Made by a program: the position numbers and the translations under genes. From Synechococcus sp. (GTDB taxonomy: Bacteria; Cyanobacteriota; Cyanobacteriia; PCC-6307; Cyanobiaceae), in contig JBJBDL010000003.1 of assembly GCA_047285305.1 (NCBI GenBank), positions 672,001 through 736,000 of the forward strand: a stretch of DNA of 64,000 bases. The letters run 5' to 3'. This document shows positions 41,409 through 51,383 of this stretch, in pieces; the stretch's first letter is position 1, and each line of letters opens with the position of its first letter. Under the pieces are notes generated by a model. It saw only the letters and a list, made by a program, of their open reading frames with translations, was not told the DNA's origin and did not search any database.

Positions 41409-41499
41409 TCATGTGGCCCAACTTCGGTTGGGTCATCAGAACACTTTCCTCACACACACATACATACATCAAGCCCTTCTCCTACGGAGGGCTTTTTTT
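41402..41499 (+). ncRNA. Putative Yfr1-like sRNA in the 3' end of porin 2
   Basis: 5' hairpin with cUUCGg loop, unpaired ACTTTCCTCACACAC tract resembling the Yfr1 ACUCCUCACAC motif, 3' terminator. Confidence 0.6.
41471..41499 (+). terminator. Intrinsic terminator of porin 2 / putative sRNA
   Basis: AAGCCCTTC-tcctac-GGAGGGCTT followed by a T-run. Confidence 0.82.
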
Positions 41500-41527
41500 A
41501 TGGTCGTTCTGCGGTCAAGCTGCAGCC

Positions 41528-42496
41528 ATGAGCATCGCGCCTGATATCACGGCCTTGATCGGTGGCACGCCCCTGGTGCGGTTGAACCGTCTTCCTCAGG
41601 CCTGCGGCTGCCAGGCCGAAATCCTGGCCAAGCTGGAGAGCTTCAATCCCTCCGCCTCGGTGAAAGACCGCATCGCCAGTGCCATGGTGCTGGAGGCGGA
41701 ACAAGTCGGCACGATCGTTCCCGGCAGAACGGTGCTGGTGGAACCCACCAGCGGCAACACCGGGATCGCTTTGGCCATGGTGGCGGCGGCCCGTGGGTAC
41801 CGGCTGATTCTCACCATGCCGGACACCATGAGTACTGAGCGTCGGGCGATGCTGCGGGCCTATGGCGCCGAGCTGCAGCTCACCGATGGTGCCCAGGGCA
41901 TGAATGGGGCCATCGCCCTAGCCAAGGAGTTGGTTGAGGAGATTCCCAATGCCTACCTGCTGCAGCAGTTCGATAACCCCGCTAATCCAGCCGTGCATGA
42001 ACGCACCACGGCTGAAGAGATATGGCGCGATACCGAGGGTCAGATCGATGCCTTTGTGGCAGGGGTGGGGACTGGTGGCACCATCACCGGCTGTGCCCGT
42101 CTGTTGAAACAGCGCCAGCCTCAGCTTCAGGTGATTGCCGTTGAGCCCGAGGCCAGTGCTGTGCTTTCAGGTAAGTCCCCTGGGGCCCATCGCATTCAGG
42201 GGATCGGGGCTGGTTTTGTTCCTGCGGTGCTGGAACTGGACCGGATTGATTCGATCCTCACGGTGAGCGATGAAGAGGCGATGCAGGTGGGCCGGAGTTT
42301 GGCCCGGGAGGAAGGTCTGCTCTGCGGGATCAGCAGTGGCGCGGCCATGGCAGCGGCCTTGCGGGTGGGTCAAGATCCCGCCATGGCTGGAAAACGGCTG
42401 GTGGTGATGCTGGCTAGTTATGGCGAGCGATACCTCTCCACCCCGATGTTCAGTGCTGCGTCGCAACTTCCCGCTCGAAGGGATGGTCAGCTGTGA
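41528..42496 (+). CDS. cysK: Cysteine synthase A
   Basis: SVKDRIA PLP lysine, [26 protein letters not shown] at 41528. Confidence 0.96.
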   Translation: MSIAPDITALIGGTPLVRLNRLPQACGCQAEILAKLESFNPSASVKDRIASAMVLEAEQVGTIVPGRTVLVEPTSGNTGIALAMVAAARGYRLILTMPDTMSTERRAMLRAYGAELQLTDGAQGMNGAIALAKELVEEIPNAYLLQQFDNPANPAVHERTTAEEIWRDTEGQIDAFVAGVGTGGTITGCARLLKQRQPQLQVIAVEPEASAVLSGKSPGAHRIQGIGAGFVPAVLELDRIDSILTVSDEEAMQVGRSLAREEGLLCGISSGAAMAAALRVGQDPAMAGKRLVVMLASYGERYLSTPMFSAASQLPARRDGQL

Positions 42497-43161
42497 GCGA
42501 CCCCTATGCCGTGCTCGGTGTCAGCAGCACCGCCAGCAACGCTGAAATCAAGGCGGCTTATCGCCAGCTGGTGAAGCAGCACCATCCCGATGCTGGAGGC
42601 GACGACCATCAGATGCTGGCCCTTAATGCTGCCTGGGAAGTCCTCGGGGATGTCGAGCGTAGGAAAGCCTTTGATCGCACGCGGCCTCAGCCGGGCCGGG
42701 CCGCATCCCCGACGGATCTGCGCCGGGCCAGTCGTGCCCATGAGCGTGCTGTGGCTGCGGACGATGCCCTGGTGGAGTGGTTGAGGCAGGTTTATGCCCC
42801 CATTGACCGCATGCTTGGTCAGGTGATCAATCCCTTCCCCAAGCAACTCAAGGCACTGTCGGCTGATCCCTACGACGACGAGCTTATGGATGCGTTCTGC
42901 AGCTATCTCGAGGCGAGCGGACGACGGATGGACAAGGTCAAGCAACTGTTCCAGTCACTGCCCACGCCGGTCTCAGCCCGTGGCTTTGGCCTGAGCCTCT
43001 ATCACTGCCTCTCTGAAGTGGAGGACGCTCTGGCAGAACTGGAGCGATACACCATGGGTTACGTGGATGGGTATCTCCACGATGGTCGCGAGATGCTTCG
43101 GGAGGCCAAGCAACGACGCAAGCGGCTCCAAGATGAACGGCGTCGCTTGGAGATCCTGTGA
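42493..43161 (+). CDS. J-domain (DnaJ class C) protein
   Basis: DPYAVLGV...HHPD J-domain. Confidence 0.9.
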   Translation: MSDPYAVLGVSSTASNAEIKAAYRQLVKQHHPDAGGDDHQMLALNAAWEVLGDVERRKAFDRTRPQPGRAASPTDLRRASRAHERAVAADDALVEWLRQVYAPIDRMLGQVINPFPKQLKALSADPYDDELMDAFCSYLEASGRRMDKVKQLFQSLPTPVSARGFGLSLYHCLSEVEDALAELERYTMGYVDGYLHDGREMLREAKQRRKRLQDERRRLEIL

Positions 43162-45218
43162 AACAGCGTTGGCGTTTCTGGGCTTCGGTTGGCCTGATCT
43201 GGGTGCTCTCCACCCTGGTGGATCGGCTTTGGTGGACCTTGCAGACCGGTGTTCCCGCCTGGGATCAAGCCGATTATCTCAATAGCGCCATGGACCATGG
43301 TCGCGCCTTGGGCTTGCTGCCCGGTGGGGGTTGGCAGGGTTGGCCGGCGCTGCTGGATCTATCACCGAAGATTCCACCCCTGGCTTCGCTGGTGAACGGC
43401 AGCGTGATGGCCTTGAGTGGTGATGCCCCGGAGCAAGCGGCCTGGAGCCTGAGTCTCTGGCACGGGTTGCTCCTGGTGGTGATGGCGGGTTGGGGCCGAC
43501 GGCTGCAGGGGGATGGCCTGGCCTTGATCGCCTGCCTGTTGGCGGCATTGACGCCAGCCTTTCTGGATCTGCGCACGGACTACGTGTTGGAGATGGCTCT
43601 GGTGGCCAGTTGCAGCCTGACGATCTGGCGCCTTGGGGTCTGGTGTGACCCTCAGACTGGAGGGCTCTGGGGGCAGGCCTGGGGTTGCACTCTGGCAGCC
43701 ATTGCAGCGGTGCTGGTGAAGCAGAGCGCCCTTCTCGTGCTTGTCCCTGCGGGACTCTGGGCTGCGGGGATCGCGTTGCAGCGGGGTGGCCCTTGGTTGC
43801 GGCAGGCCCTGCTCTTGCCCCTGCTCACGGCGGCGCTGATCGGCCCCTGGTTGCGTCACAACTGGATCACAAGCCTGGGCGGCACCAACCGGGCTGTGTT
43901 CGAGTCGGCGGTCCGGGAGGGGGATCCGGGCGCGCTCAGTCTGGCCGGCTGGCTTTGGTATCCCCGGATTTTGCCGATACAGCTGGGCAGCGCGTTGTTG
44001 TTGGTGGGGCTGTCAGGGTTGTTGCTCTGGTGGCTGCAGCGCCAGCAGTGTTCAACTGATCATGCCTGGTCCTGGCGCTGGCTCCTGCTCAATCTTGTGG
44101 CGGCCTGGGTGTTCACCACCCTGAGTCCGAACAAGGACGCTCGCTACATCACGCCGCTTTTGCCATCACTGGTGTTGCTCCTGGCTCGAGGGTGGTGGCA
44201 ATGGGGCCATTGGTTCGAGTCCAGGTGTTCGAGGTTCGTGTGGCCCCTATTTGGTGCTGGGCTGCTGGCCTGTGTCCCAGCGGGCTGGGCCCATCAGCTG
44301 CATCGCTTTGAAGACAGGCCCCGTGGTCCGGTGGAGGCGCTGGTAGAGGCAGCTGGCGGTGCCGATCCAAGCACGTCTCCTGCCACGTTGATCGTGGTAC
44401 CCAGCACCTCCGATCTCAACCAACACAATGTCAGCTTCTACGGTCGTCGCCATGGGGGACAGACCGTTGGCCGGCAGCTGGGGGGCAGTCTCCAGGACCG
44501 TGAGCCTGTGCTGGCACGGACGGAATGGGTGGTGTTAGCGGAAGGGGACCAGGGATCGGTGCGCAAAGCGGCCCGATCCCTGGACCAAGCGGTGCGCAGC
44601 AGCGGTGTGTTCGAGCTGGTGCAGCAGTTCGAGCGTCCCCGTAGCGGGAGTTATTCGCTCTGGCGCCGCCGCGCGACGCATCCGATTGCGGGCCCATCCT
44701 TTGCGGAGCGTTTCCCCGACCTCGCCGCTGGCCTCGCGGCAGGGCCGGTGGGGCTAGATCCAGTGTTCGCTGTGGTAGGGCAGGAACACATGCTCGATGG
44801 CCATTTCAGCTATCGGGAGCCGGTGCGTTCTGAGGCCTTGGCGTCCTTGGCACAGGATCCCGATGCTGTGCAACCGCGTTGGACCCTTGCGCTGCTGGCA
44901 GTACTGGAAAACCGCCCTGTGCAGGCAGCTCAGCAATTCGAGGCCCTTCAACGGCTGTTGCCCGATAACCCCTGGCCAGCGGCCTATCGCAGTGTGGTCA
45001 CCCTGGCGAGTTGGAATCCCTGGCAGGCCGCCGCCGCTGCAGATAGTGCCAGCGTTTCGAATCCTGTGCTGTCGGCGCTCGGGGATCTCAGCGGCGTGCT
45101 CTCCGGTGCTGTTTGGCGCATCCCCGCTGCCATAACGTCAGTTCCAGCGGCCGTCACAGCCGTGGAGGAGGCCCTTGAGCCTGCCTCCAAACAAGATCAG
45201 GAGCAGGATTCCAGCTGA
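43158..45218 (+). CDS. ArnT/PMT-like (GT-C) glycosyltransferase with soluble C-terminal domain
   Basis: [22 protein letters not shown] motifs; many TMs. Confidence 0.8.
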   Translation: MKQRWRFWASVGLIWVLSTLVDRLWWTLQTGVPAWDQADYLNSAMDHGRALGLLPGGGWQGWPALLDLSPKIPPLASLVNGSVMALSGDAPEQAAWSLSLWHGLLLVVMAGWGRRLQGDGLALIACLLAALTPAFLDLRTDYVLEMALVASCSLTIWRLGVWCDPQTGGLWGQAWGCTLAAIAAVLVKQSALLVLVPAGLWAAGIALQRGGPWLRQALLLPLLTAALIGPWLRHNWITSLGGTNRAVFESAVREGDPGALSLAGWLWYPRILPIQLGSALLLVGLSGLLLWWLQRQQCSTDHAWSWRWLLLNLVAAWVFTTLSPNKDARYITPLLPSLVLLLARGWWQWGHWFESRCSRFVWPLFGAGLLACVPAGWAHQLHRFEDRPRGPVEALVEAAGGADPSTSPATLIVVPSTSDLNQHNVSFYGRRHGGQTVGRQLGGSLQDREPVLARTEWVVLAEGDQGSVRKAARSLDQAVRSSGVFELVQQFERPRSGSYSLWRRRATHPIAGPSFAERFPDLAAGLAAGPVGLDPVFAVVGQEHMLDGHFSYREPVRSEALASLAQDPDAVQPRWTLALLAVLENRPVQAAQQFEALQRLLPDNPWPAAYRSVVTLASWNPWQAAAAADSASVSNPVLSALGDLSGVLSGAVWRIPAAITSVPAAVTAVEEALEPASKQDQEQDSS

Positions 45219-45451
45219 TCCATTCGCAGCCACACATCGGGCACCGGACGGTTCCAGCGCACCTGGCCGTAGTCCCCCTTCACCACCAGCAGCTCGCCGG
45301 GACCTTTGAAGATGTAGTCGGGTGCTGTGGGATCGCTGGCGCCAGCCTCAAGGCTGGAGCTGTAGGCGGCTCTGTTCACCTTGACCAAGGCACCTTTACG
45401 CAGCGCAGCAGGCTTGGCCTTGGCGGGGGCAGCGGCATCGGATTCGGCCAT
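45197..45451 (-). CDS. ndhO: NDH-1 subunit O
   Basis: LRKGALVKV...SLEA.ASD...P.YIF...P.PDVWLR.DQL; ATG at 45451. Confidence 0.92.
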   Translation of the reverse strand: MAESDAAAPAKAKPAALRKGALVKVNRAAYSSSLEAGASDPTAPDYIFKGPGELLVVKGDYGQVRWNRPVPDVWLRMDQLESCS

Positions 45452-45533
45452 GACAGGGGGGCGTGATGGCACCAGGCTAAAACCAATTGCCCAAGAACCC
45501 CCTTAGCCTCCCAGCCGCACCACCCCCGCTTTC

Positions 45534-46463
45534 ATGCGTCTGTTGCTGTTTGGCTGCACTGGTTTTGTTGGCCGTGAGCTCCTACCGCTCCTGCTTCAGG
45601 CCGGCCATCAGCTCACGGTGGTCAGCCGCCGTTTGGCCCGTGGCTACGACGCTGAACGGGCGGATGGGCGACTGATCTGGATGCAGTTCGACCCCGCCAG
45701 CAGCAGCACCTGGGCCGACGCCGGGCTGTTGGATGCCCTCAACCAGGCCGATGCGGTGGTCAACCTGGCGGGGGAACCCATTGCCGAGAAGCGTTGGACC
45801 GCGACCCACCGGCAGCTGATAGAAACCAGCCGTCTGGAAACGACCTCTCAGTTGGTGAAAGCGATCGAGGCCTGTGCAACGCCACCAAAAGTGCTGGTGA
45901 ATGCCTCGGCGATTGGCTTCTACGGATCCAGCCTGGACAAGCGTTTTCTTGAATCGAGCACCCCTGGTGACGACTTCCTTGCGAGCTTGTGTGAGCGCTG
46001 GGAAGCGGCGGCTGAGGCGGTGCCTTCCGCTGTACGGCAGGTCACTCTGCGGATCGGCATCGTGCTGGCGGCCGACGGCGGCGCACTCGGAAAAATGCTT
46101 CCGGTGTTCCGCACAGGGTTTGGCGGTCCGATCGGCAGTGGCCGGCAGTGGATGAGCTGGATCCACCGCACTGACCTCTGCGCACTGATCCTTCAATCCC
46201 TCACGGACGAGAGCTGGAGTGGCGTGATCAATGCCGTGGCTCCTGAGCCGGTCTCGATGACGGCCTTCTGCAAGCAGCTGGGGCGCAGCCTGGGCCGTCC
46301 CAGTTTGTTGCCGGTGCCAGCTCCAGTGCTTCAGGTGCTTCTGGGGGATGGCGCCAAGGTGGTGTTGGAGGGCCAGCAGGTTGCTTCGGAGCGGCTTGAC
46401 GCCTTGAACTTCAGCTTCCGCTACTCCGATCTGGCTTCAGCACTCGCCGCTGCCACCAGCTGA
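45534..46463 (+). CDS. TIGR01777-family NAD-dependent epimerase/oxidoreductase
   Basis: GCTGFVG, NLAGEPI, NASAIGFYG, GSGRQWMSWIH. Confidence 0.9.
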   Translation: MRLLLFGCTGFVGRELLPLLLQAGHQLTVVSRRLARGYDAERADGRLIWMQFDPASSSTWADAGLLDALNQADAVVNLAGEPIAEKRWTATHRQLIETSRLETTSQLVKAIEACATPPKVLVNASAIGFYGSSLDKRFLESSTPGDDFLASLCERWEAAAEAVPSAVRQVTLRIGIVLAADGGALGKMLPVFRTGFGGPIGSGRQWMSWIHRTDLCALILQSLTDESWSGVINAVAPEPVSMTAFCKQLGRSLGRPSLLPVPAPVLQVLLGDGAKVVLEGQQVASERLDALNFSFRYSDLASALAAATS

Positions 46464-46683
46464 AGATGCCACTTACCAGCGCGGCCATGATCAACAGGCT
46501 GATGGCTGGGGCGAACAGGGGTTGCCACAGCAGCTGAACCTGGTCCATCAGCCAGTCATGGCCTTGGCCCTGCCGCACCACGGCTACGGCGAAGACCCCT
46601 GCTCCGATAAACACCAGCAGCACATTCACCATCAGCAGGCGGTCGAGCCAGCGTTTCCAGGCCGGTTCTGGTCGGGCACTCAT
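46411..46683 (-). CDS. Small two-TM hypothetical protein
   Basis: MSARPEPAWKRW...; ATG overlaps the upstream stop (ATGA). Confidence 0.7.
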   Translation of the reverse strand: MSARPEPAWKRWLDRLLMVNVLLVFIGAGVFAVAVVRQGQGHDWLMDQVQLLWQPLFAPAISLLIMAALVSGIFSWWQRRVLKPDRSSGS

Positions 46684-47849
46684 GGAAGCAGTGCGCAAAT
46701 GGCTGCCGCCATTCTCGGGCCTCCACCAGCTTCCCCGAGGCGCCATTTGGCCTCCTCTTGGCATTGCTTTTGCAAGCCAAGATCCCGGCGTGCACGATCC
46801 AACAAAGCCATGGCGAGCCCCGCTGTTGCCTCTAAAGCCTCACGGCTGCCACTCTCCCCGTCGGCACAGAACACAGTGGGGCCCAGCAGGCGCCGTTGGG
46901 CTTCGGCGAATGCTGCTGTGAATTGAGGCCCCTGGCCCGGCACCTGCAGCACTGGTTTGCCCAGGCCAACGGCCTGCTCGATGGCGGTACCTGCCATGCC
47001 GATCACCAGATCGCTGTGCTGCAGCACGGTCCGGAAGGCCCCGCGGCGAACGTTGATCCCCCGTGCCCCCTCACGCTTCAGCACGCCGTCTACCAAGTGC
47101 CAACCGCATCGTTTGCTCAGCTGCCGCAAGCTGTCGTCATCGAGGCTGGGCACCAAGGCCAAATCCACGTTGCAGTGAATTGTGTCGGGCAGCAGCTCGA
47201 TCAGCCGCAGCAACAGCTGCAGGTTCTGTTCCAGCTCCGGTCGGCGGCTGCCGGGCAGCAGACAGATGCGTGGCGTGCTGCTGGGCGGTGGGGTGGCCAT
47301 TGTGAGCACCGAATCCATGAACGGATTGCCCAGGAAGGTCACCGGTCGTAGCAGTTGTCTGCTGAGGTCCTCGGCGGTGCGTTGATCCCGGCTGTATACC
47401 GCTTTGAAGCGCTGGCTTTTCAACAGAGCGGCGCAGGGCCAGGGCAGGCGCAGTGTCCCTTCGTAGTGGCTGGAGTAGGCCACCAGGTAGGTCGCCACAG
47501 AGCGTTGGCTGAGCCATGCCGCGATAACAGGGATCACATCCCCCACCACCAGGATCAGATCAAAGCGCCGCCGGTGCCGCATCAGACGTATCAGGCGTCG
47601 GAGCAGATACAACACTTGCCCTTGGGCGATCTCGGTGAGGCGGCCGCGAAGGCTGGTGTAGCCAATGCCGCCGGTGCTGAATTCATGGCTGCGTCCCAGC
47701 AGTGGCACCCCGGCCCTCTGATAAGCGCTGCCAAGGCCCACCAGTGGGAGCGCCTGCACGTTGTGGCCCCGCTGCTGAAGCTCCTGGGCCAGCAGCGCGC
47801 CCGACAGGTCTTCGCCGTGGCCATTGCTCAGCAGCAGGATGCGTGCCAT
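46680..47849 (-). CDS. Lipid-A-disaccharide synthase-related protein (cyanobacterial LpxB-like)
   Basis: LSNGHGED, GNPFMD, LLPGSR, MAGTA.EQ. Confidence 0.85.
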   Translation of the reverse strand: MARILLLSNGHGEDLSGALLAQELQQRGHNVQALPLVGLGSAYQRAGVPLLGRSHEFSTGGIGYTSLRGRLTEIAQGQVLYLLRRLIRLMRHRRRFDLILVVGDVIPVIAAWLSQRSVATYLVAYSSHYEGTLRLPWPCAALLKSQRFKAVYSRDQRTAEDLSRQLLRPVTFLGNPFMDSVLTMATPPPSSTPRICLLPGSRRPELEQNLQLLLRLIELLPDTIHCNVDLALVPSLDDDSLRQLSKRCGWHLVDGVLKREGARGINVRRGAFRTVLQHSDLVIGMAGTAIEQAVGLGKPVLQVPGQGPQFTAAFAEAQRRLLGPTVFCADGESGSREALEATAGLAMALLDRARRDLGLQKQCQEEAKWRLGEAGGGPRMAAAICALLP

Positions 47850-47863
47850 CGCCGGGTTTCTTA

Positions 47864-48031
47864 TCACCACATCCAGCTGCTTGGATCCGGAATGCCGTTG
47901 GCGCGCCTGGCCAGTTGCAACCGTCGCGCTTCGCTGGCCAGGCGTTCCTGCCGCAAATGAGCCGAACGATCCGCTGGAGGCCGTACGCGAACCTGGGACG
48001 GCAGACGGGTGATGGTCCAGGTGGCTGTCAT
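47864..48031 (-). CDS. Putative 55-aa protein below the ORF-track cutoff
   Basis: MTATWTITRLPSQVRVRPPADRSAHLRQERLASEARRLQLARRANGIPDPSSWMW*; fills a gap between co-oriented genes. Confidence 0.5.
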   Translation of the reverse strand: MTATWTITRLPSQVRVRPPADRSAHLRQERLASEARRLQLARRANGIPDPSSWMW

Positions 48032-48077
48032 GCAGGGTCTGTCATGCGGGGTCTGTCAGGCAGAGCGTCCGTTGTGA

Positions 48078-48500
48078 TCAGAGCTCAAGCCAGGCTTTCA
48101 CTTTTTCGAGAGCCTTCCAGCCGGGTTTGCGCTCAAGCCCGTCGGCGATCGAGGCCTTGAGTTCGCCGGACACCTCTGGGGCCAGAGTCATCACCTGCTG
48201 CACCACCTGGATGTGGTCCCGCACGCCCTTGGATTGGGTCTCCAGCAACGCCAGGCTCAGATTGATCCTGGCCTGGGGGTCCTGGCCGTTGAGTCTCACT
48301 GCGAAACGTGCCGACCGGAGTGCTTCTTCCGGTTGGTCGCAAAGCAGCTGCAACCAGGCCAGGCAGGTCCAGCCCGCTGATTGGCGGGGAGCGGCTGCAA
48401 CAATTCGGGCGAAATCAGGCAGCACCTCTACGGCTGCGGCGCCGGACTGATAGCGGTCCATGGCCTGTTCGAACAGGCTGTCCTGGGAAGTCTCCATCAA
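48078..48500 (-). CDS. TPR-like conserved protein
   Basis: Helical repeats: WTCLAWLQLL, PQARINLSLAL. Confidence 0.8.
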   Translation of the reverse strand: MMETSQDSLFEQAMDRYQSGAAAVEVLPDFARIVAAAPRQSAGWTCLAWLQLLCDQPEEALRSARFAVRLNGQDPQARINLSLALLETQSKGVRDHIQVVQQVMTLAPEVSGELKASIADGLERKPGWKALEKVKAWLEL

Positions 48501-48546
48501 CAGGGAGAGGGCAGTGATCTCCCCTCAGATTCCCACGTGGCTTCGC

Positions 48547-48939
48547 TCACACCGCGAAGGAACTGCCGCAGCCACAGGTCTGGCTGGCATTGGGGTTGGT
48601 GAAGTTGAAACCACCACCGATCAGGGCTGTGCTGAAGTCCAGCTGCATTCCGTAGATGTAAAGCAGGCTCTTGGGATCACAAATCACCCGGAAGCTTTGG
48701 CCATCAGCCGCCACGTATTCGTAGGTCTCGTCGTCGTCGAGGGTGTCTGAGTTGGGCACGAAATCCATCGTGTAGCTCATGCCGCTGCAGCCCCCGGAGC
48801 GGACCCCGACGCGGAGCACCTGGTTGTCACCCTGGTCGCTGCAAAGCTTGGCCAGCTGCTGCATCGCCGGTTCGGTGATCAGGATGCCCTTGCCGTCTTT
48901 GGCGGTATGGGCCGGCGCCCTATCGGGAGTGGATGTCAT
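48547..48939 (-). CDS. iscA: Fe-S cluster assembly accessory protein (IscA/HesB)
   Basis: [15 protein letters not shown]. Confidence 0.92.
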   Translation of the reverse strand: MTSTPDRAPAHTAKDGKGILITEPAMQQLAKLCSDQGDNQVLRVGVRSGGCSGMSYTMDFVPNSDTLDDDETYEYVAADGQSFRVICDPKSLLYIYGMQLDFSTALIGGGFNFTNPNASQTCGCGSSFAV

Positions 48940-49009
48940 GGAAAACGCAGGCTCGTGCTCTCACTCTATGAACGCTCATACATAGAGTCGCCTTAGTTGA
49001 ACAGATCTT

Positions 49010-50476
49010 GTGCGGGTCGCGATCGTTGGTTCCGGCCTCGCCGGCCTCTCCGCTGCAGTGGACCTTGTCGATGCGGGCCATGAGGTGAATCTCTACGAAG
49101 CTCGTCCGTTCATGGGCGGCAAGGTAGGCAGCTGGGTGGATGAGGGTGGTAACCACATCGAAATGGGGTTGCACGTCTTCTTCTTCAATTACGCCAACCT
49201 CTTCGCCCTAATGCGCAAGGTAGGAGCGTTCGACAACCTTCTGCCGAAGCAGCACACGCACCTGTTCGTGAATAAGGGGGGCGATCTGCGGGAGCTGGAT
49301 TTCCGCTTCCCCATCGGCGCACCCTTCAACGGCCTCAAGGCGTTCTTCACCACACCCCAGCTCAGCTGGATCGACAAGCTGCGCAATGCCCTGGCCCTGG
49401 GCACCAGTCCGATCGTGCGCGGCCTGGTGGATTACGAGGGGGCGATGCGCACCATCCGAGCCCTCGACTCGGTCAGTTTCCAGGATTGGTTTGTGGGCCA
49501 TGGCGGCAGTCCCGAAAGCATCCGTCGGATGTGGAATCCAATTGCCTATGCCCTGGGCTTCATTGACTGCGAGGCCATCTCCGCCCGCTGCATGCTCACC
49601 ATCTTCATGATGTTTGCGGCCAAGACGGAAGCCTCAAAGCTCAATTTGCTGAAGGGATCACCCCACCGCTGGCTCACGGGTCCCATCCTCGACTACATCC
49701 AGCAGCGTGGAGGCAAGTTGCATCTGCGTCATCGGGTAAAGCAGGTGGACTACAGCGAGGGTGAATCCCCTGAGATCACAGCCCTTCAGCTGGGAACGCC
49801 CGAAGGAGACATTCGTGTCGAGGCTGACGCCTACCTGGCCGCATGTGATGTGCCCGGGATTCAGAAACTGCTGCCCGAGGCCTGGAACCGTTACCCCCAG
49901 TTCAAGGCGATTCATAAGTTGGAGGCCGTACCCGTGGCCACCGTTCAGCTCCGCTACGACGGCTGGGTGACTGAGCTGGGTGATGCCCAGGAAGCTCAGC
50001 GCAGGGATGTGGCCACACCCACCGGGCTCAACAACCTGCTGTACACGGCTGATGCCGACTTCAGCTGCTTTGCTGATCTGGCCCTGGCCAGCCCGGAGGA
50101 TTATCGCAAGGAGGGAGAGGGCTCCCTTCTCCAATGCGTGCTTACCCCTGGTGATCCCTGGATTCCCAAGTCGGTGGACGAGATCGTGGCCCACACCGAC
50201 CGTCAGGTGCGCGAGCTTTTCCCCTCGGCCCGCAACCTCAAGCTCTCCTGGAGCAACGTGGTGAAACTGGCTCAGTCGTTGTATCGGGAAGCCCCGGGCA
50301 TGGAGCCCTATCGCCCGGAGCAGCGCACGCCGATTCGTAATTTCTTCCTGGCCGGTAGCTACACCCGCCAGGACTACATCGATTCGATGGAGGGAGCCAC
50401 GATGAGCGGTCATCTGGCGGCAGCAGCCATCCTCGATCAGCCTGTCAAGCTGGCCACCAACGCAGCGGTGGCCTGA
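49010..50476 (+). CDS. zds: Zeta-carotene desaturase
   Basis: [26 protein letters not shown]. Confidence 0.95.
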   Translation: MRVAIVGSGLAGLSAAVDLVDAGHEVNLYEARPFMGGKVGSWVDEGGNHIEMGLHVFFFNYANLFALMRKVGAFDNLLPKQHTHLFVNKGGDLRELDFRFPIGAPFNGLKAFFTTPQLSWIDKLRNALALGTSPIVRGLVDYEGAMRTIRALDSVSFQDWFVGHGGSPESIRRMWNPIAYALGFIDCEAISARCMLTIFMMFAAKTEASKLNLLKGSPHRWLTGPILDYIQQRGGKLHLRHRVKQVDYSEGESPEITALQLGTPEGDIRVEADAYLAACDVPGIQKLLPEAWNRYPQFKAIHKLEAVPVATVQLRYDGWVTELGDAQEAQRRDVATPTGLNNLLYTADADFSCFADLALASPEDYRKEGEGSLLQCVLTPGDPWIPKSVDEIVAHTDRQVRELFPSARNLKLSWSNVVKLAQSLYREAPGMEPYRPEQRTPIRNFFLAGSYTRQDYIDSMEGATMSGHLAAAAILDQPVKLATNAAVA

Positions 50477-50913
50477 TGGGACGCTGGCTCGAACACACGG
50501 TCACCTCCGAGGTGCAGGCCCCGGCCGCCAAGGTCTGGGAGGTCTGGAGTGATCTCGAAGCGATGCCCCGTTGGATGCGCTGGATTGAGTCGGTTAAACC
50601 CCTCGACGACCCTGATCTCACCGATTGGACTTTGGCGGCACAGGGCTTTCGCTTCACCTGGAAGGCCCGGATCACCCAGCGCGTTGAAGCTCAACAACTG
50701 CACTGGGAATCAGTGGGTGGCCTGCCCACCAAGGGTGCTGTGCGCTTTTATCCCGAAGCCGACGACCGCACTGTGGTCAAGTTGAGCGTGACCTACGAAT
50801 TGCCGCGGGTCTTGGCACCGCTCATGGAACCCACCATCTTGGGGGGAATCGTGACCAAGGAGCTCCAGGCGAATCTTGACCGTTTCCGTGACCTGGTGGA
50901 AGCAGGCGGCTAA
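50476..50913 (+). CDS. SRPBCC/polyketide cyclase-family protein
   Basis: WLEHTV...WSDLEAMPRWMRWI...GLPTKGAVRF. Confidence 0.88.
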   Translation: MGRWLEHTVTSEVQAPAAKVWEVWSDLEAMPRWMRWIESVKPLDDPDLTDWTLAAQGFRFTWKARITQRVEAQQLHWESVGGLPTKGAVRFYPEADDRTVVKLSVTYELPRVLAPLMEPTILGGIVTKELQANLDRFRDLVEAGG

Positions 50914-51383
50914 GCATTGGCTTGCTCCCTTTGCCGTGTAGGTGGTCGTGGGGGGCTGTGGTGGTGAAATGCCAACGGCTACGGCGCTGCCATCGGTTCC
51001 AGTGAAACTTGCGCCGCTGACGTTTCCGGCGGCGGCGCAGCTCCCGCCGATTAGCCTGACCCTCTGTTTTCGGCTGAGGAGGTGCAGCAGGCTGCCCTCG
51101 GGGACGGGCCGATCCCTTTGGTTCTCTTGTTGGTATGGAGGTTCAAGACCCCGCGACCGGCCTCACCCTGACCGGTGTGTTGTTGCTTGGAGATCAGAAA
51201 CAAGCCATGGTCATCACCCCCAGCGGCAACGGTGTGATCTGTGTGGGTGCAGATGGCCGCTGCGGCGAAGACGCTTCGCTGTTGCTTCCGACCGTATGGT
51301 CGGTGCTCAGCATCGACGTGGCGAGCGAGTGCATTCGCCTTGAGCTGAACGATGAGCCTCAGGATCCCTTCTGCATCGCTTGA
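50888..51383 (+). pseudogene. Decayed lipoprotein gene, PilP-like
   Basis: GTG 50888 gives MTWWKQAAKHWLAPFAV*VVVGGC (in-frame TAG at 50939); two frame changes near 51060 and 51100 join PLFSAEEVQQA and GRADPF...LTLTGVL. Confidence 0.55.

Noticed and set aside
41451..41470. CA-repeat tract as a phase-variable microsatellite
   Set aside because: Short, outside coding and promoter regions, and better explained as the unpaired sRNA motif
41411..41527. N-terminal extension of cysK in the ORF track (likewise porin 2, holB, hemD, fabD, rpaB)
   Set aside because: The cysK extension runs through a terminator and the others run through intergenic DNA or neighbouring genes; downstream starts match the family N-termini
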